64,000 nucleotides of DNA, taken from Setoptus koraiensis. Taxonomy: Eukaryota > Animalia > Arthropoda. Each line of letters opens with the position of its first letter. The stretch's first letter is position 1. Both the position numbers and the translations under genes were made by a program. The stretch spans positions 20,460,001-20,524,000 of the forward strand of contig CM106585.1 in the NCBI GenBank assembly GCA_048013815.1, written 5' to 3'. The notes under the pieces were generated by a model that was not told where the DNA came from, did no database searches, and worked only from the letters and a program-made list of their open reading frames with translations. Below are positions 1 through 13,751 of this stretch, one piece after another.

Positions 1-3000
1 GTGATGGGTGATACTAATACACAAGCCCTTCCAGGTGGAGCAACAATAGGTGTCCAGTTAACATCGAACCTACATGATCCTACGTCATCCTCTAACCTTA
101 TCCAGCTTCAAATAGAATCTCTCATGAAACAAATGCTCAAAACAATACAAGAAAATTCCAAATCAAATAAGAATAGGGGACAGAAGAGTGCAGCTGATGA
201 TAAAGTATCTAGTAATAGTTCGTTGCAAGACTTTGAATGCAATATGCGTCAATTAGCTCAATTGATTGCGGCTTCGCAAAGTCTTAATAATAGCCAGCAT
301 CATATAGCCAATTCACCAATGAATTCAATCAACTTTATCAATCTTGAATCAACGCAAAACAAACAAAATTCCAACCAGAGGGCTCAATCAGCCACTGGTA
401 CGTCCACAAGCAACAATAGTGATTATGGTAGTGATACTCAATCGTCTTCAGCAGATTGTCTTCTACAAGCAAATGAAGAAGAGGGTTTGCTGGCGATTAT
501 ACCATCTCATCATGATCAAGCGTTGTACCCATCACCACCTAATTCTAGAACCAATCTAAGTCAAAACCATCGCCAGAGTCGTCTTCAACAGCAACAACAA
601 CAACAGCAGCACCATTCTAATCGAAAATTACTAACTACGACTACAATATCTCCAATATTGTCAAAACAGTCATCACTGGCGGAACAAATGCCACCACCAG
701 TAACGGCTGCCAATAGCAATCAACAGCAGCAACATTCATCAGCTCCTGTAGCCATCGAATTGTGCCAGAAAATGATTGAATCTTTCAAGAAATTGACCGA
801 GCAACGAGACACGACTGTTTCGACATCAACTAGCACGATTGACGGATTTGCAACGAAATTGGATGTTACATCATCAGCGCCAGGTGTGCGACGAGAGGAA
901 ACTTGTGAACAGATGAAAAGCGATGATCGATCATTGTTAGAAAGAACCTCGACTATTAACGAACAGCAAAAAGTAAAAACTGTTTCTAGACAAGAGGAGA
1001 CGATAAATCCAGAGAGTGAAGAACAAAAGATGCAGAATGATCATCATTATGACCAGGAGCGCCAGTTAATAAAAGATGAGGCTTACGAGTATCTGAAAAA
1101 TCAGATCAATAATATCATGGATACAATTCAATTACAACCTAATCTATCATCACTCCGAGCGCACAATGATTCCGGTTGTAATAATTATGATAATAATCTA
1201 GAAGCTATAGCCAAAAAACCTGCCGCAGCGGCTTCTGCAATAGCTGACGAAGAGTCTAGTCATGATAATTCCTCTCACGATAAGATTATCATGAATGTGC
1301 AATCAAAGCAAGAACAGCAGCAACAAAAATCTAGGCCAAGCTTACTGTCTGAAGCCAGTGAGACTAGCGAGGATGGAGCACGCTCTGATCATCAGCGTAA
1401 AGATAAAGAGGACGGTAATATGATAATGACAGATTCAAAATCAAATCAGTTGAGTCATGAATCAAAGGATGAAGACCAATCAGATGATCGAGGTATTGAA
1501 CTGAAAACGACTATACAACCTTGTCCACAACCTAGGAATAAGCACAAGACCCGTATAAGCTACAACCAAAGTCCGTCACCTGTGGCTATGAGCTCTCCTT
1601 CCAAACCTGGACCCGTAGTGGTAACAATTGGCGGTGGTCCAGGCCAAGTAAAATCGAGTGGCTCACAAAGTGGCAGATTGAATATCATAAATCTTGTCAA
1701 TAGAGACTATTCAAGTCAAAACTCCGATAACAATAAGGCACCATCATCGAATAAGGCATCCGTGCTTGATTGTTCATCATCCACGCTGTCTATGGTCTCT
1801 CCAATTACCACCAGCAACACCACTGAATCTTCCTCTTCTCCTAGTATAAGCATGAGTGCCAACAATGACAAGGACAACAATGCATCTCTAATTACGTCGC
1901 CATTTCACAGATCTGCCATTAACAGCCGTGAACATGCCTCCAGTAAAGTCGGTATCGAAATAGACAACTCACTAGATGGAAAGCGGCTTGATGCAAATCA
2001 AGATGCCAAGACAGAGCTATCATCACAGCAAGAGTTATCATTGTCTAAAGAAGTTCAACATCCAGAGAAGCCACGGAGGACAACAAAGACTATGATAAAT
2101 GTTGCATCCCCCAATAGCACAGCAGCATCATACAATAATAGTGGTAATAATAGCGTAAGTGCGATCAATACATCTCCATTGACAGCCACTGTTCGTGTTG
2201 AATCACCATTATCTATGCCAATAACAAATCTGAATAGTAACAGAGAGAATACCAACAAAAATAACAATGGCAGAGTGAAATTAGATCATCACCATCAATG
2301 CGTGTCACAAACAACAACATCGAACAATGATGGTCATTCTGATAGCTATTCTTTGGATAGATCTAGTTTGAAAGAGGGTGTAGATCATGATAAGAGTAAC
2401 TCAATTACTGGAGAAAATGACAATCGAAAAGATAAAAATTTGGGAGAAACAACAAGCAACGGGAGCATCGATTCGATCCAAGCTGATCAAAGGCAGCATC
2501 TGCATCAAGATCAAAAGAGGTATCAACAGGAACAATTGCAACAAGCAAAACATCATGAAACAACAGCTAATAACAGTATCGCCAATAAGAATAACATATC
2601 ATCATCGATATCAAATCCTCAGCAGCAACAACAGCAATTGAAGCGCAAGTCTAGTTTCTATCGTCCTGGTTCTCCTGTGCCATCGCAATTGTCTTTAGAT
2701 TTAAGCAGCACAGATAAAACTGCACCTCCCACTTCAACTAGTGGTACCATGATACGCAACTTTGCTATGGGTGCCTTGTCGCCTCGTGTAGCAACATCAA
2801 GTAGCACGACTAAGATAAAGCAAAACTCTAGCGATGATGATGAAGGCAAGATCGATTGCGCCATTGCGACAGGAGGAAAAAACAAGGAAACCTTGAAGAA
2901 ATCAACGTCAGCATCCACCACAACAGTTACGGCACCATCAATAACTGCCACTGCTAAGCAACAGCAACAAGTGGCAATGTCAAGATCGGCGGCCAAGGCT

Positions 3001-6000
3001 TTGGCATTGGCTCAGAAGTATAACTATTCGCCCTCTCTACTGGTAGCCGGAAAGCTAGGAGATAATATAACTAACAACAGTGGCTCAGGTAAGTGGCACA
3101 CACACAAAAATAGCGGTGACTGAACTAAACAGAAGGGGGTAGTTAACTTTATGCAACTGGGTATTTTCGTCTATCTTATCTCTATCTTATCTAGGCCTAT
3201 CATTTGTTCTTTTGTTCACAATTTTTCTCAGTTTAGTCAGGCAGACATAAGACGCAAGCCGTCAAGGTTGTTTTCCCATTCTTTACTACACTCTCTACTT
3301 CATTGACTATGAATGAATATGTATCAGATATTATTCCAGCGAGAAATGAGAAGTGAGATAGAATGGTGAATGCCCACACAACAACCTGAGAGTAATGATG
3401 TTAAGTATCGTCTATCAATTTAGACACGACATCTCAAACTGTCTGAATGAGGTTCAAATTGTACAACAACATGACTGAATGATTCTATTGAACGTTGTCG
3501 TAGTTGTTGTTGAAGACTGTTCGAGAGTAATTCAGATGGCCGAGTGAATGCTAGATAATAGATACCGCTTCTGTTGTTGGTGTTGGTACATGCGATCAAA
3601 AAAGAAATATCAGACTGGCCACTTGTGTTGCTGCCATCTCGGCGGCGACTGATCGAGAGAAGAAAAGAAAAAGCTGAATAAAATGGCCAGAGAGAGAGAG
3701 AGAGAGAGGGAACGAACGATCAAGCGAGAGAGCGAGAGTTGGACAGCAAAAAATAAAACACAGAAGAGAGTCTTGGTAATGATGCAATCCTTGTAGTCGT
3801 CATGTCCTTTTAAAGTGTTAACTCTCTTTATACTCCCCTCTACTCTACTGAAAATGGTCAGGCTATCCAACAATGATAACAACAACAGCAGCTACAACAA
3901 TATCAACAGCGATTGCCATAGCTTATCTGGACAAGTTGTTGTCTCTTTTTTGGTCATATAATTGTAAAGCTTTTCTTTTTTGATTATTGCATACACACAC
4001 ACACTGGGCATAAAGTGAGAGTCAGGCATGGCATGGAGTGAATTAGTTTACCTATTGATTTTATATGGCGATCTATTTGTTCAATCTTGTTGTTCTTCGC
4101 TGTTTTTTTTCATTCCCCTTTAATCACTGTCTGACTACTTTAACGTATTCAGCATTCATGCAGCTGAATATTGCGTAATCTATGTACTCTAGCTTGCCAT
4201 CATCATCATTAATGAAGTAAAGTAATACTATTCCACTACAAGATAATTAGCACAAAAGCGTGAGATAGCTGTTAATAATCATGCATCTATCCACTCAGGG
4301 CATGTGTGTGTCCGTTATGCAGTTGGGTTGCAGCTCTGTATACGATACAGCCAGCAATGCTATATGAACTACCAAACTGAGAAACGATCTCAGCAAGCGA
4401 TTGACTTGAATTATATGAAGAAAAAGAGTATAGGATGGAAGAAAGGAGAGTAACTAGTTCTCTTATCCTTCCATATTTCCTTCGAACCCCTCTGTACAAT
4501 TTCTTTTTCAGCGGGACTCAGTAGAACCGTTTTTGTGAACTCATTTACGGTCGATAGAGCACCCAATTGTATGCTACCAACGAGACCATTGACCAACAGT
4601 TTTTGTTGAGCCGTGTTGTTGTTGTCGGACAACAAAATGACCCTCCAAAGAGAGTTTGCAACAGCGTTTACATATTTGTTCATATTTGTTGACCAAAGAA
4701 ATGGATGTACTTAGCACTACCCACAATCTAATTATATCCTTCTTTATCTCGTAACCACTTATATAATAGTTAGTTAGTTAATTAACTGACTGGTAAACTG
4801 ACTGGCTGGTCGGCTGGCCAGCTGACTAACTTGCTAAATAAGCGCAGACCTTGAATAGCTCAAGACAGACAGCTATCCGGCCATTCTTGTTTGATTCCTT
4901 TGTTGAGTGAACAATTTCAACAGGTCCTTAATGTAACTGCTGTTTGCGCTTACCAGAAAATCAAATGTTTCTTGATAAAGAGAGTCGGATTAAGGATGAA
5001 GTTTATTAATATGTACGTTAATAATATAATAATCAAAGTCCAACGTTTCGCTCTCCATCTCTAATTATATATTTGTCTCTGTTGACGTGTAGACGTCAGG
5101 TTCGTCAGATCAATGACTAAATAACAGTGACTTTGGCTTGCTTGTAAAGAGTTACAGTTCGACAGGACTTAGTTTAGTCGTAATGAATTGAATTAAATTG
5201 ATCGATACCATTTAGTTGAGCCTAATTTAAGCTATAAAAGTTGTTGCTATTATGCGAGAAGCATCATCTCGTGTCTTTGTGAGAATACAAAAACAGCAAC
5301 AACAGCACAGCAACGAGAATAGCAGCAACAACAACGAAAAAAGAGGAAAGAGGATTTGAATCTCATTAACTGTGCTCTCAAACTGTTAACTGAATCACCA
5401 GAGAGTTGTTGTGTGTCCATGTTTTCTCATTTTACCATTGCAAGTTTATTTTTTCTTTCTCAGCCTTATCTCAGTGTAGCGGCGAGGTGAGTGAGAAACT
5501 TGAGCTTGCAGGCCAGGCTGGTCGAAGCTAGTATCATTCTAAATTAAGTCAACAGCAGTTAACAGTTAATTCTGCCAGTCCCTTCTCTCTCCTACTTTTT
5601 CACCCTCATTGAAGATGGATGCAAACTCTCCAACGAACGGCTACAAAAGAGACGCCGAATCGGTTTTTCGTTTGAATCGACGGCGACCAGAATAATCTCA
5701 ATCAGATTTTATTATTTAGGAATCTCTCGCTTTCACCTCCACTTAAATCAGCTCTCTGAGAGCCGTTCTACACATTCCATCTGTTGTTGCCATCCATTAC
5801 TCTATCAGATATATATATATATATATATATATCTAGTTTCAATTAGATGAGCACAACAAGTTGGATGTGATGATGGGAAGAACAGTCAGAGTGAGAAATG
5901 GGATGGGAGAGTAAAAGCGTTGTAATCGAGTATAGATTTAGTCGAGGCTAATGACATATTCCATTTCATAGCGACATGGCTGCACTACAGTTAAGGCTTC

Positions 6001-7623
6001 GACCGGATTCAGATAAATATTTTATTATATTATACATAACCATGATTATTATCATTATGACTGAATATTTATAAAGTGTCCATGGGAAAGGATCAATTTA
6101 CTAGTCAATGCCATCTCGAATACAGGCTCACAATAGAGCCCTTTCCGATATGATGATAAAAATTATTGCTATTATTCATTTAAATTCATTCATTTATTCA
6201 TTCAACTCACTGATTGCGTAATAGTGCTGGCGCACAATTGTCTGCTGCCAGCGCCATTGGACATGGTTGTTGTTGCAGTAGTTCAGGGAACGAACTCAGT
6301 TGGCGGTCCACAAAGACCATCTCTTTGTGCCTTATGCGGCTTGGATAAGCATGTTGAATGATAGAGATTGATCGCTAGCGTGGTGGTGGGGTTGATAGAG
6401 CCCCAGCTACATGAGATGTACACACACAGCTGATGGCAATGTGATCATATTTAGATGATGTATGGCTGGCTGGCTTTGTTGGTCAGTCGATCAGTCAGTT
6501 CGCAATGGAGGTGGCGGCGACGCTAGTAATGGTGGCAACGCTGGTGGTCGCTCTATTTCGCACTTGTTTGTGATTATACTTATATATGTATATATATAAT
6601 ATGCCGACAAATACACACACACACATACATGGGAATAGCCGAACCAAAATTAGCAAAGCCGTTTCCATATAGATCCGTTCTTCCATCCGTGTGTTCTTAG
6701 ACGACGACGTTCCCGAATTGTTGTTATTACTTCCATACACTGGCAGAGGTCGTGATCGACCCTCTCTGCTTGGATTACCCGGTCGATCCAACCGACTAAC
6801 TAACGGTCTGACTAAGTGACTGAGTGGCGTTGGAGCTGAGCAAGCCGAAAAACGTTGCAGTGAGTTGTTGCATAATTACCATTTTGCAATCTAGTGATTC
6901 CTTTCATAATCAATCGGTTGCGCCATGTCCAACAGTTTGATGTTTAGACGCAAGCAAAAGCATAACTGTTTGCGTTGTGTGTGTCCAATTCGACGAGTTT
7001 ATCAAACAATCTCCACTACTCCTATCGCTTTCTTATAACAAATATTTTGCATTCATGTAACATGTTGATGCCGCGAGTCCTCAATGCCTGTTAACGTTTT
7101 TACAGTACTTTTAGGCAAAATAGACAGGAATAGATCGCGACGTCATGCAAATCATACTTGACGCTAATTGATTGTACATCGCATGTCTCTTACCATTTCT
7201 AAATGGTGCGTGTGTGTGTTGTGTGAGTGCGTAACTGCCCCTTTATCTTCCCTCGGATACAAAGTTAGATAGTGATAGTTGTAGTGAGAGCTGAATGAAA
7301 TTTGGCATAATTTAGCTTCATAATGAAGTGATCATGATCATCATCTTGCTTAGTCGAAACGCGAAGATACAACTACAACAGTATTAACAGACTCAGGCAT
7401 CGGCGACAAGACGAGACAAAAGAAGTCAGCCAACTGTGTCTACTACTCTCTCATGTAACAGGTACTAATCGTGATCACGCTCGAACGAACATCCAAAATC
7501 CCGAGGCGGCGAACGAGATGGTCATCCAGTGGGTCATGATGGTTCAATCTCTTTCTAAATGATGGTGTGTGACAATAAATAGATGATGCTCTCTATTTAT
7601 GAAGATGCAGATTACATAATGCA

Positions 7624-7688
<65 letters not shown>

Positions 7689-10600
7689 TGTAAGGATTGA
7701 TCCGATAATTTGTCCTTTGGATAGGCCAGTCGGTAGTACAATTGTTATAACTGTAGAGACAATCTCGATCTTTATCTGCGGAGCCAATGGTAGTAGCAGT
7801 AGTAGTAGTATGATGTAATGTGTGTCCCGTTATCTTTATTACAATCTATATTCATATTTAAGTCTCTTGCCAATGGCCAAAAATGATATAACCTTACAAT
7901 TATGTGTTCTGACAATTCGCTGGAAATGCACTTGTTGTGCGCCATGAACGAGAGACCGAGTGCTGAGTCTTGCTGAGACTTGGATAATAAAGGTCTATTT
8001 ACTACCCAGAGTTTATATAACAAAGAGGGGCTAACATGTTAGTGCAACATGTGATATTTGTTGTGACGTTAGATGGACTAAAATCATTAGCCGAAAATAG
8101 TGATACAGTCATTCGGGTTCGCGACTGCCCCACGAATGTCTAGACACGAGACAGGCCGAGATAAGCAACAAGCCTAATTACCACCTCCACTATTTGTACA
8201 GTCAATTTGTTATGTTCAATGTTCAATGTGACACACAAACACACATACAGTTAATGCTTGAAACTTATTCTAATCTGCTTATTTATTCCACTTGTCTATC
8301 ATTACTGTCACTAATCATTATTATAATTATCCTAAAAACCGAACCACACTAAATGGCCTGTCTGAAATCAATCAATGGCGCTCGTTTGGATACACGACTG
8401 TGTCTCTTGCCTGATATGGTCAAACAACCGGACACTCTCGAACACACACACACACACACTGGTCAATCATCGACTAACTGATACAACATGAATGACTTAT
8501 TTGATATATGCTATCATTATTACCATTGAAATTGGTATACATTAACAACAAATTCCATTGACCAAAACGAATGAATGTAAAACACATACAAACACATAAC
8601 GCAAACCAACAGGAGGAGTGGGAGGAAAACGAGCGGCGAACCAATTATCACCATTACAGCTAGAGGTGAGTCAACACACATCTGATATTAGACATAATCC
8701 AATGGCAACCTCATAAATACCATCCTATCTATCTGGTTGTTAGACTATCTGCCGCTGTTATTGCCTTTCAGGTTAATCCTGATTATTTGCCCTCGCAAGC
8801 TCTCTTCTCTGGCACTGCTTCAACTCATCTGGCAATTGTGAGATCAGTTGACTGCCTTTGGATAGTTGATTGGCGAGTCTGTCGGCAGATAGTTTGTCTG
8901 TTTGCTGTTAAGCAAGCCTTCGTGGGAAAGTGAACGAACACATTTAAATAAGATTGTGAATGTCGCATTCGGATAGTTGATACTGTAAGGTATCGATTTT
9001 TCACCATTTATTCACGCAATAGCTACTATAGCTACAACTACGACAGCTCAGTTGCAAATTGGCAGCAACAAAAAAAAACAACAACAACCGAGCCTTCTCT
9101 TTGTTGTTGTTTTTATTGTTGTTACTGCTTTGAATGAATAATCTCGTGACCTCTATTTAGCTTGCTTTTAGACGCCTGTTGTTATTTAGACGGTTATCAA
9201 TACGGTAGAAAATTGATTGAAAACACCGACAATAGACAGGGGCACAACATAAGTTAGCTTTCTGGCTTCCAACGATGATTGCTCTATCAAGCCGTCTTGT
9301 CTTGTTGACGTTCACTATCCACTTTCTCGATTGCGACAAAACACACGACCAAGGAGCGTCTTGTCGGCGGAAGGGGCTTGCCTTACATTCATTTCTATTC
9401 TAGAGGCCCTAACCAATCTGACCCAATTACTATTGTTATGAATGAGCTTGTCCTGTGTGACACAATGGAAAAAATATTCTGTTGCTTTATTATGGCGCTT
9501 TTATTCAATTCAATTTATGTGTTTATGAATGCTATAGCAGCAGTCCAGTCTATTAAGTTTTATTGCATGTATTCGAAAGGCGGTTTGCTAACAATTCTGT
9601 TTCTATCTCTCTAATCATGCATACAGACTAACAACATTTGTCCGGATTCGAATGGAGTTGCCATCAGTGGCTCTCAAGCGAGTGGCGGAAATGGCTCGCT
9701 GAGGCGCCAGGTAAATCAACACACCAATACAGGCAACACGCTTCTAGGACCCATAAGGGTAACTGGTGAGGTTTGTTTTAGCATTAGCTTCCAGGCCAAA
9801 ACAAACTCAATGGACGTGCATGTTGTCGAATGCCGCAATTTGGCGCCTGTTGACAAGAAGCGCCAAAGATCCAATCCGTAAGTTGTCAGAGAAAATGTTT
9901 GAATCGTGTAGATTGATAGATATAACCGCAACACTGGTCTGACGTTTACCATTTGAACTCTCTAACATCTTTTCAAATAACACAGCTACATAAAGCTTTA
10001 CCTGTTGCCGGATAGAAGCAAGAGCGGGAAGCGAAAATCAGCCATCAAAAAGGCCGATTTGAATCCCAAGTTCGATGAAACATTCACATTCTCTCAATTG
10101 GGCCTACGCGATCTAGAGCAACGAACACTGTGGCTCAGTGTCTGGCACAAGGATAGATTGGGCAGAAATGATTTCTTGGGCGAGATAATCTTGCCTTTGG
10201 AATCGGCTACACAGACTCTGTTGCAAACAAGCCGCGAGCACAAATGGTACAAACTGCAAGAAAGGGTAAGCAAATAAGCGAGTTAATTAATTATTATGTA
10301 ATTTACTTTACTCATAATCTCTTTCTCACAGCAACGTCTAACTCTGTCGTTCTAACGTCCTTATTATAATTATTTTCATTTTTGTGTATGATTTTTAGTT
10401 CGAAATGAGCAACGTTAAACGCAACTTAAACCAGGCGTCGCAATTCAATGGTGAACTGTTTGTTGCTCTCAAGTTTGTTCCACTGAACCCCGATTGTCGC
10501 ATCGACAGAGATAGTGATGGAGACCTGCATATCATCGTGAAAGAGGCGCACAACATCCGAGCCTTCAACAGACAGATCGGCCTACCTAATCCATATTGTA

Positions 10601-11454
10601 AATGTCAAATAATAACTAGTCGCGGCCATAGATTAGACAAACAAAAATCGCCCATACTGAAGCGAACCATCAACCCCAAATGGAATCATAAATTTATATT
10701 CAATCAATTGCTGTTTGGCCAACTCAAGGAATTGTGTATAGAATTATCTGTCTGGGACAGAGATTCTCTAGTCAGTAATGAATTTCTTGGAGGGGTTAGA
10801 TTATGTTTGAGCTCATTTAGCCAGGCTCATTTTAATCAGCAGCAACAACAAATACTATCACAGCACCACCATAGTGCAGATTTAGATAGCGATGACAAAC
10901 GCAGTATTTCCACAAATGGAGACACCACAAGTAATGAAGGTACAATAAACAGGAGAAACACCCTTGGTAAAGTCCAGCAACATCAAGCTAATAGTAACGA
11001 CGCCAATGAGCGACCCAATCAATTGTGGAATCAAATGTTGTCAAGACCAAATATGTGGGTTTATGGCGAGCTACGGCTTAGGAGGGGCAAATTGAATCAA
11101 TCATCATCGTCAACGCTCCCGAGTGTTGCCATTAACACTAACTATACTACCGATAAATCAGCAACCACTAATTATCAAGATCAATCAACAACGGACGCAC
11201 AATCAACTGTTGGCTCAGAAGATTTGCATAGTAATAATAACAACAATATGAATCTACACTATTTAAGTAGGACGAATACAATTGCTTCTCGTAGTTCAAC
11301 AGAATGTACAACTGACGATCGCGAATCAATTAATAGCGGTAGTGCTAGCAATATAAACATGGCAACAAATAATAGTAATACCGATAGTAGATTAGAACAT
11401 CATAATCAATCAAAAACCACCAACAAAATCAATGTCGACTCTAGTGGCAAGTGA
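1..11454 (+). CDS. btsz: Synaptotagmin-like protein (bitesize / SYTL4-5-like) with C-terminal C2A and C2B domains; 5' end lies outside the window
   Basis: Open low-complexity exon 1..3088 ending at a CAG|GTAAGT donor. Exons 9627-9877 and 9986-10265 give C2A (VTGEVCFSISF...VVECRNLAPVDKKRQRSNP|YIKLYLLPDRSKSGKRK...LWLSVWHKDRLGRNDFLGE). Exon 10399-11454 gives C2B (GELFVALKF...GDLHIIVKEAHN...NPKWNH...LSVWDRDSLVSNEFLGGVRL). Intron phases of the C2 exons are consistent. Linking exons between 3089 and 9626 are uncertain. Confidence 0.85.
7627..7686. repeat. (TG)30 microsatellite
   Basis: Uninterrupted TG run in a bitesize intron. Confidence 0.95.
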
Positions 11455-13279
11455 TTATACAACAGCGTTGCACAATAAGACTTGTGTTTTCGTCGGACTA
11501 ATTATCAGTAATTATTTTTGTTTCATCTTGTCTGGTATTATTATAGAAAGAGTTGAATTAGAGTCTCCTCTTTTTATACATATTTATGCATCCAACTATT
11601 CTCATGTAAACTATATTTAAATCCATGATGCTAGCACACTGCAACTACGGCTACTACTACTACTACGACCACTACTATAATAACTTGTTATGTAATGTGA
11701 ACTTTGTGATAATAATAATCTGTTGAACAAAATTTCAGCAGGAAACACTACTCTCCATCGGTATTGGAATGAACTCTACCAATTAATTCCACTCTAACAC
11801 GGCCTCACTTGCCAATAGTTGCGCCATTGTAACTGTATGTCGTTGCTAAGAGAATTAATTGTATACCACAGGTAGTTGGTAGAAGTATTAATCTGTCATG
11901 TGTAATGACAAGCTGCACATCAATCTTTCTTCTGGTCAAATTAATCAACAACAAAGCTCGGCCTTTTCCATCTATTCGCGCCACCAAATAGGCTGAATGT
12001 CTTCACCAAGCCAATCGCCTATTAGTTCGTTAGTCGCTGTGAACTAGTTAATAATTAGTACTGTTGCTGTGCTAATCCGACCAAGCTAAACTCTAGCTGA
12101 CAATCCAATTTATTTGCATTGATTTTTGATCGCCCTCGGCGAGCCAGGTAGCAGCTTGGAAAATTAGCTTGGCGATTATTATGAGACTAATTGAATGGAC
12201 TGTGCACACAACAGCCACTAGTTTAATGAAACATTCCCGGGCCAATCAATCATCCAAATTAACAACCGGCCAGCCAGCTACCTCAATATTTTCGTTACGT
12301 GTTGGTATCATTCATTTGTCTCGTCTCAATCTCGCTACGTCCTATGTCATCATACAATATTGTTACAAGCACTTAGATCGAATGGTTAGGATCAACATTT
12401 TTAAGCTGTATTGAATGAGAAAATGCACTCAACTCGCCAAGCTCGTCCAATCGACAAATATTGGGCTTGAGTCTCGAGAGAGTCTACCAAATATTCGGAT
12501 AGACAAAAAAATCTTACAGTCTTTACGCGTAGATGCATCAAATGTAGTCAGGAAAAGGGAAAAATATCGTCAAAGGCCCCGTAGTCTTCGATGTAGTCTT
12601 ACAGTGCTCTGAAGCCCAATCGAGACGGAGAAAAATGTCCACAGGTTGTCACATGTGATTGATTTGTGATTTTACACTGGCTCAGTTTATCGCAATGGCC
12701 CATTTTATTTGAAAAAGCAATTAAAATTTATTTATTTTGGAAAAAATTTATCATTCATTCGATTTTGGACGACTCTCAGCACTTATTGACTCCATTTTTA
12801 TTACATTAGAATTATTTTTCATATATTGCAATATATTGCTACATAAAATAAATGAATATAACGAACCGAAGCATGATACAATTTACATCGGCATCCTTCG
12901 TCTCGATGCATCGCATCCTCGTGATCTCGTGATTTGTCTGTTAATAGGGAACCTTTGCACGAAAATAGATAGATATAAAATATCACGTAACTGTGATCAG
13001 ACGAAAGAAATCATTATCACATCATACAGGTGAATTGGGTTGGATGTCATTCTCAATCATCATTTTAAGCCTGAATAACGAGTGATCCTGAAAGCGTACC
13101 TGGCCTTTTATGACAAATTGAACAAAAAATTCGTGATTTAAATCAACTGATAGCTCAAACTTGTTTAATCAATAATTTAATTCATCTAAGCGACAAAAAC
13201 GAACGCAAAGTTGCTCCCCTCTCACAGTTTGTGGTAACAAATGAACCGGGTTGCTAAAAAGAGCAAGAGTCTATTCAAT

Positions 13280-13751
13280 CTATTCTCTCAGTATCAGCTC
13301 CAATAGTTCATGCCCGAAGACATCATCCAAATTGATGGCTAGATTCAGAAGGGATCTGGCACCATTCCTACTGATCCAATCTAAAGATTGAGGCGTGCTT
13401 CTAAGATAAGCGTTCAGATCTTTACAGTCCTCGGTGAGTTTGAGTATAAGATTTTTGAGGCTAATCTCCATAATGGCCAATTGTTCTATATGACATAGCA
13501 AGTATAAGTAATTGCTAATTGTTAGTTGATTAGTCATGTCGAGTCAATTGCGGTGCTATCTATGATCGATTCTGATCGATAGGAGGACCAATAAGAAATC
13601 AATTGTGAAATCATATAAATTTAGCATAAAACTTACCCGAGTCAATCAAGACAGGTCTTTCGTTGGGGTCGGGTGGGTGCCCGCTAGGATAGCATGAACA
13701 ATTCAAGAATGACACAATCACTAATAATATGGTTATGACTATTGGTGTCAT
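13280..13751 (-). CDS. Small secreted orphan protein, 106 aa, two coding exons
   Basis: Exon 13751-13637 encodes MTPIVITILLVIVSFLNCSCYPSGHPPDPNERPVLIDS and ends at a G|GTAAGT donor in phase 1. The 151-nt intron has an ACTAAC branch site and a CATATAG acceptor. Exon 13485-13280 continues in phase (EQLAIMEISLKNLILKLTEDCKDLNAYLRSTPQSLDWISRNGARSLLNLAINLDDVFGHELLELILRE*). A further GTGAGT donor at 13875 suggests a 5' UTR exon. Confidence 0.7.
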
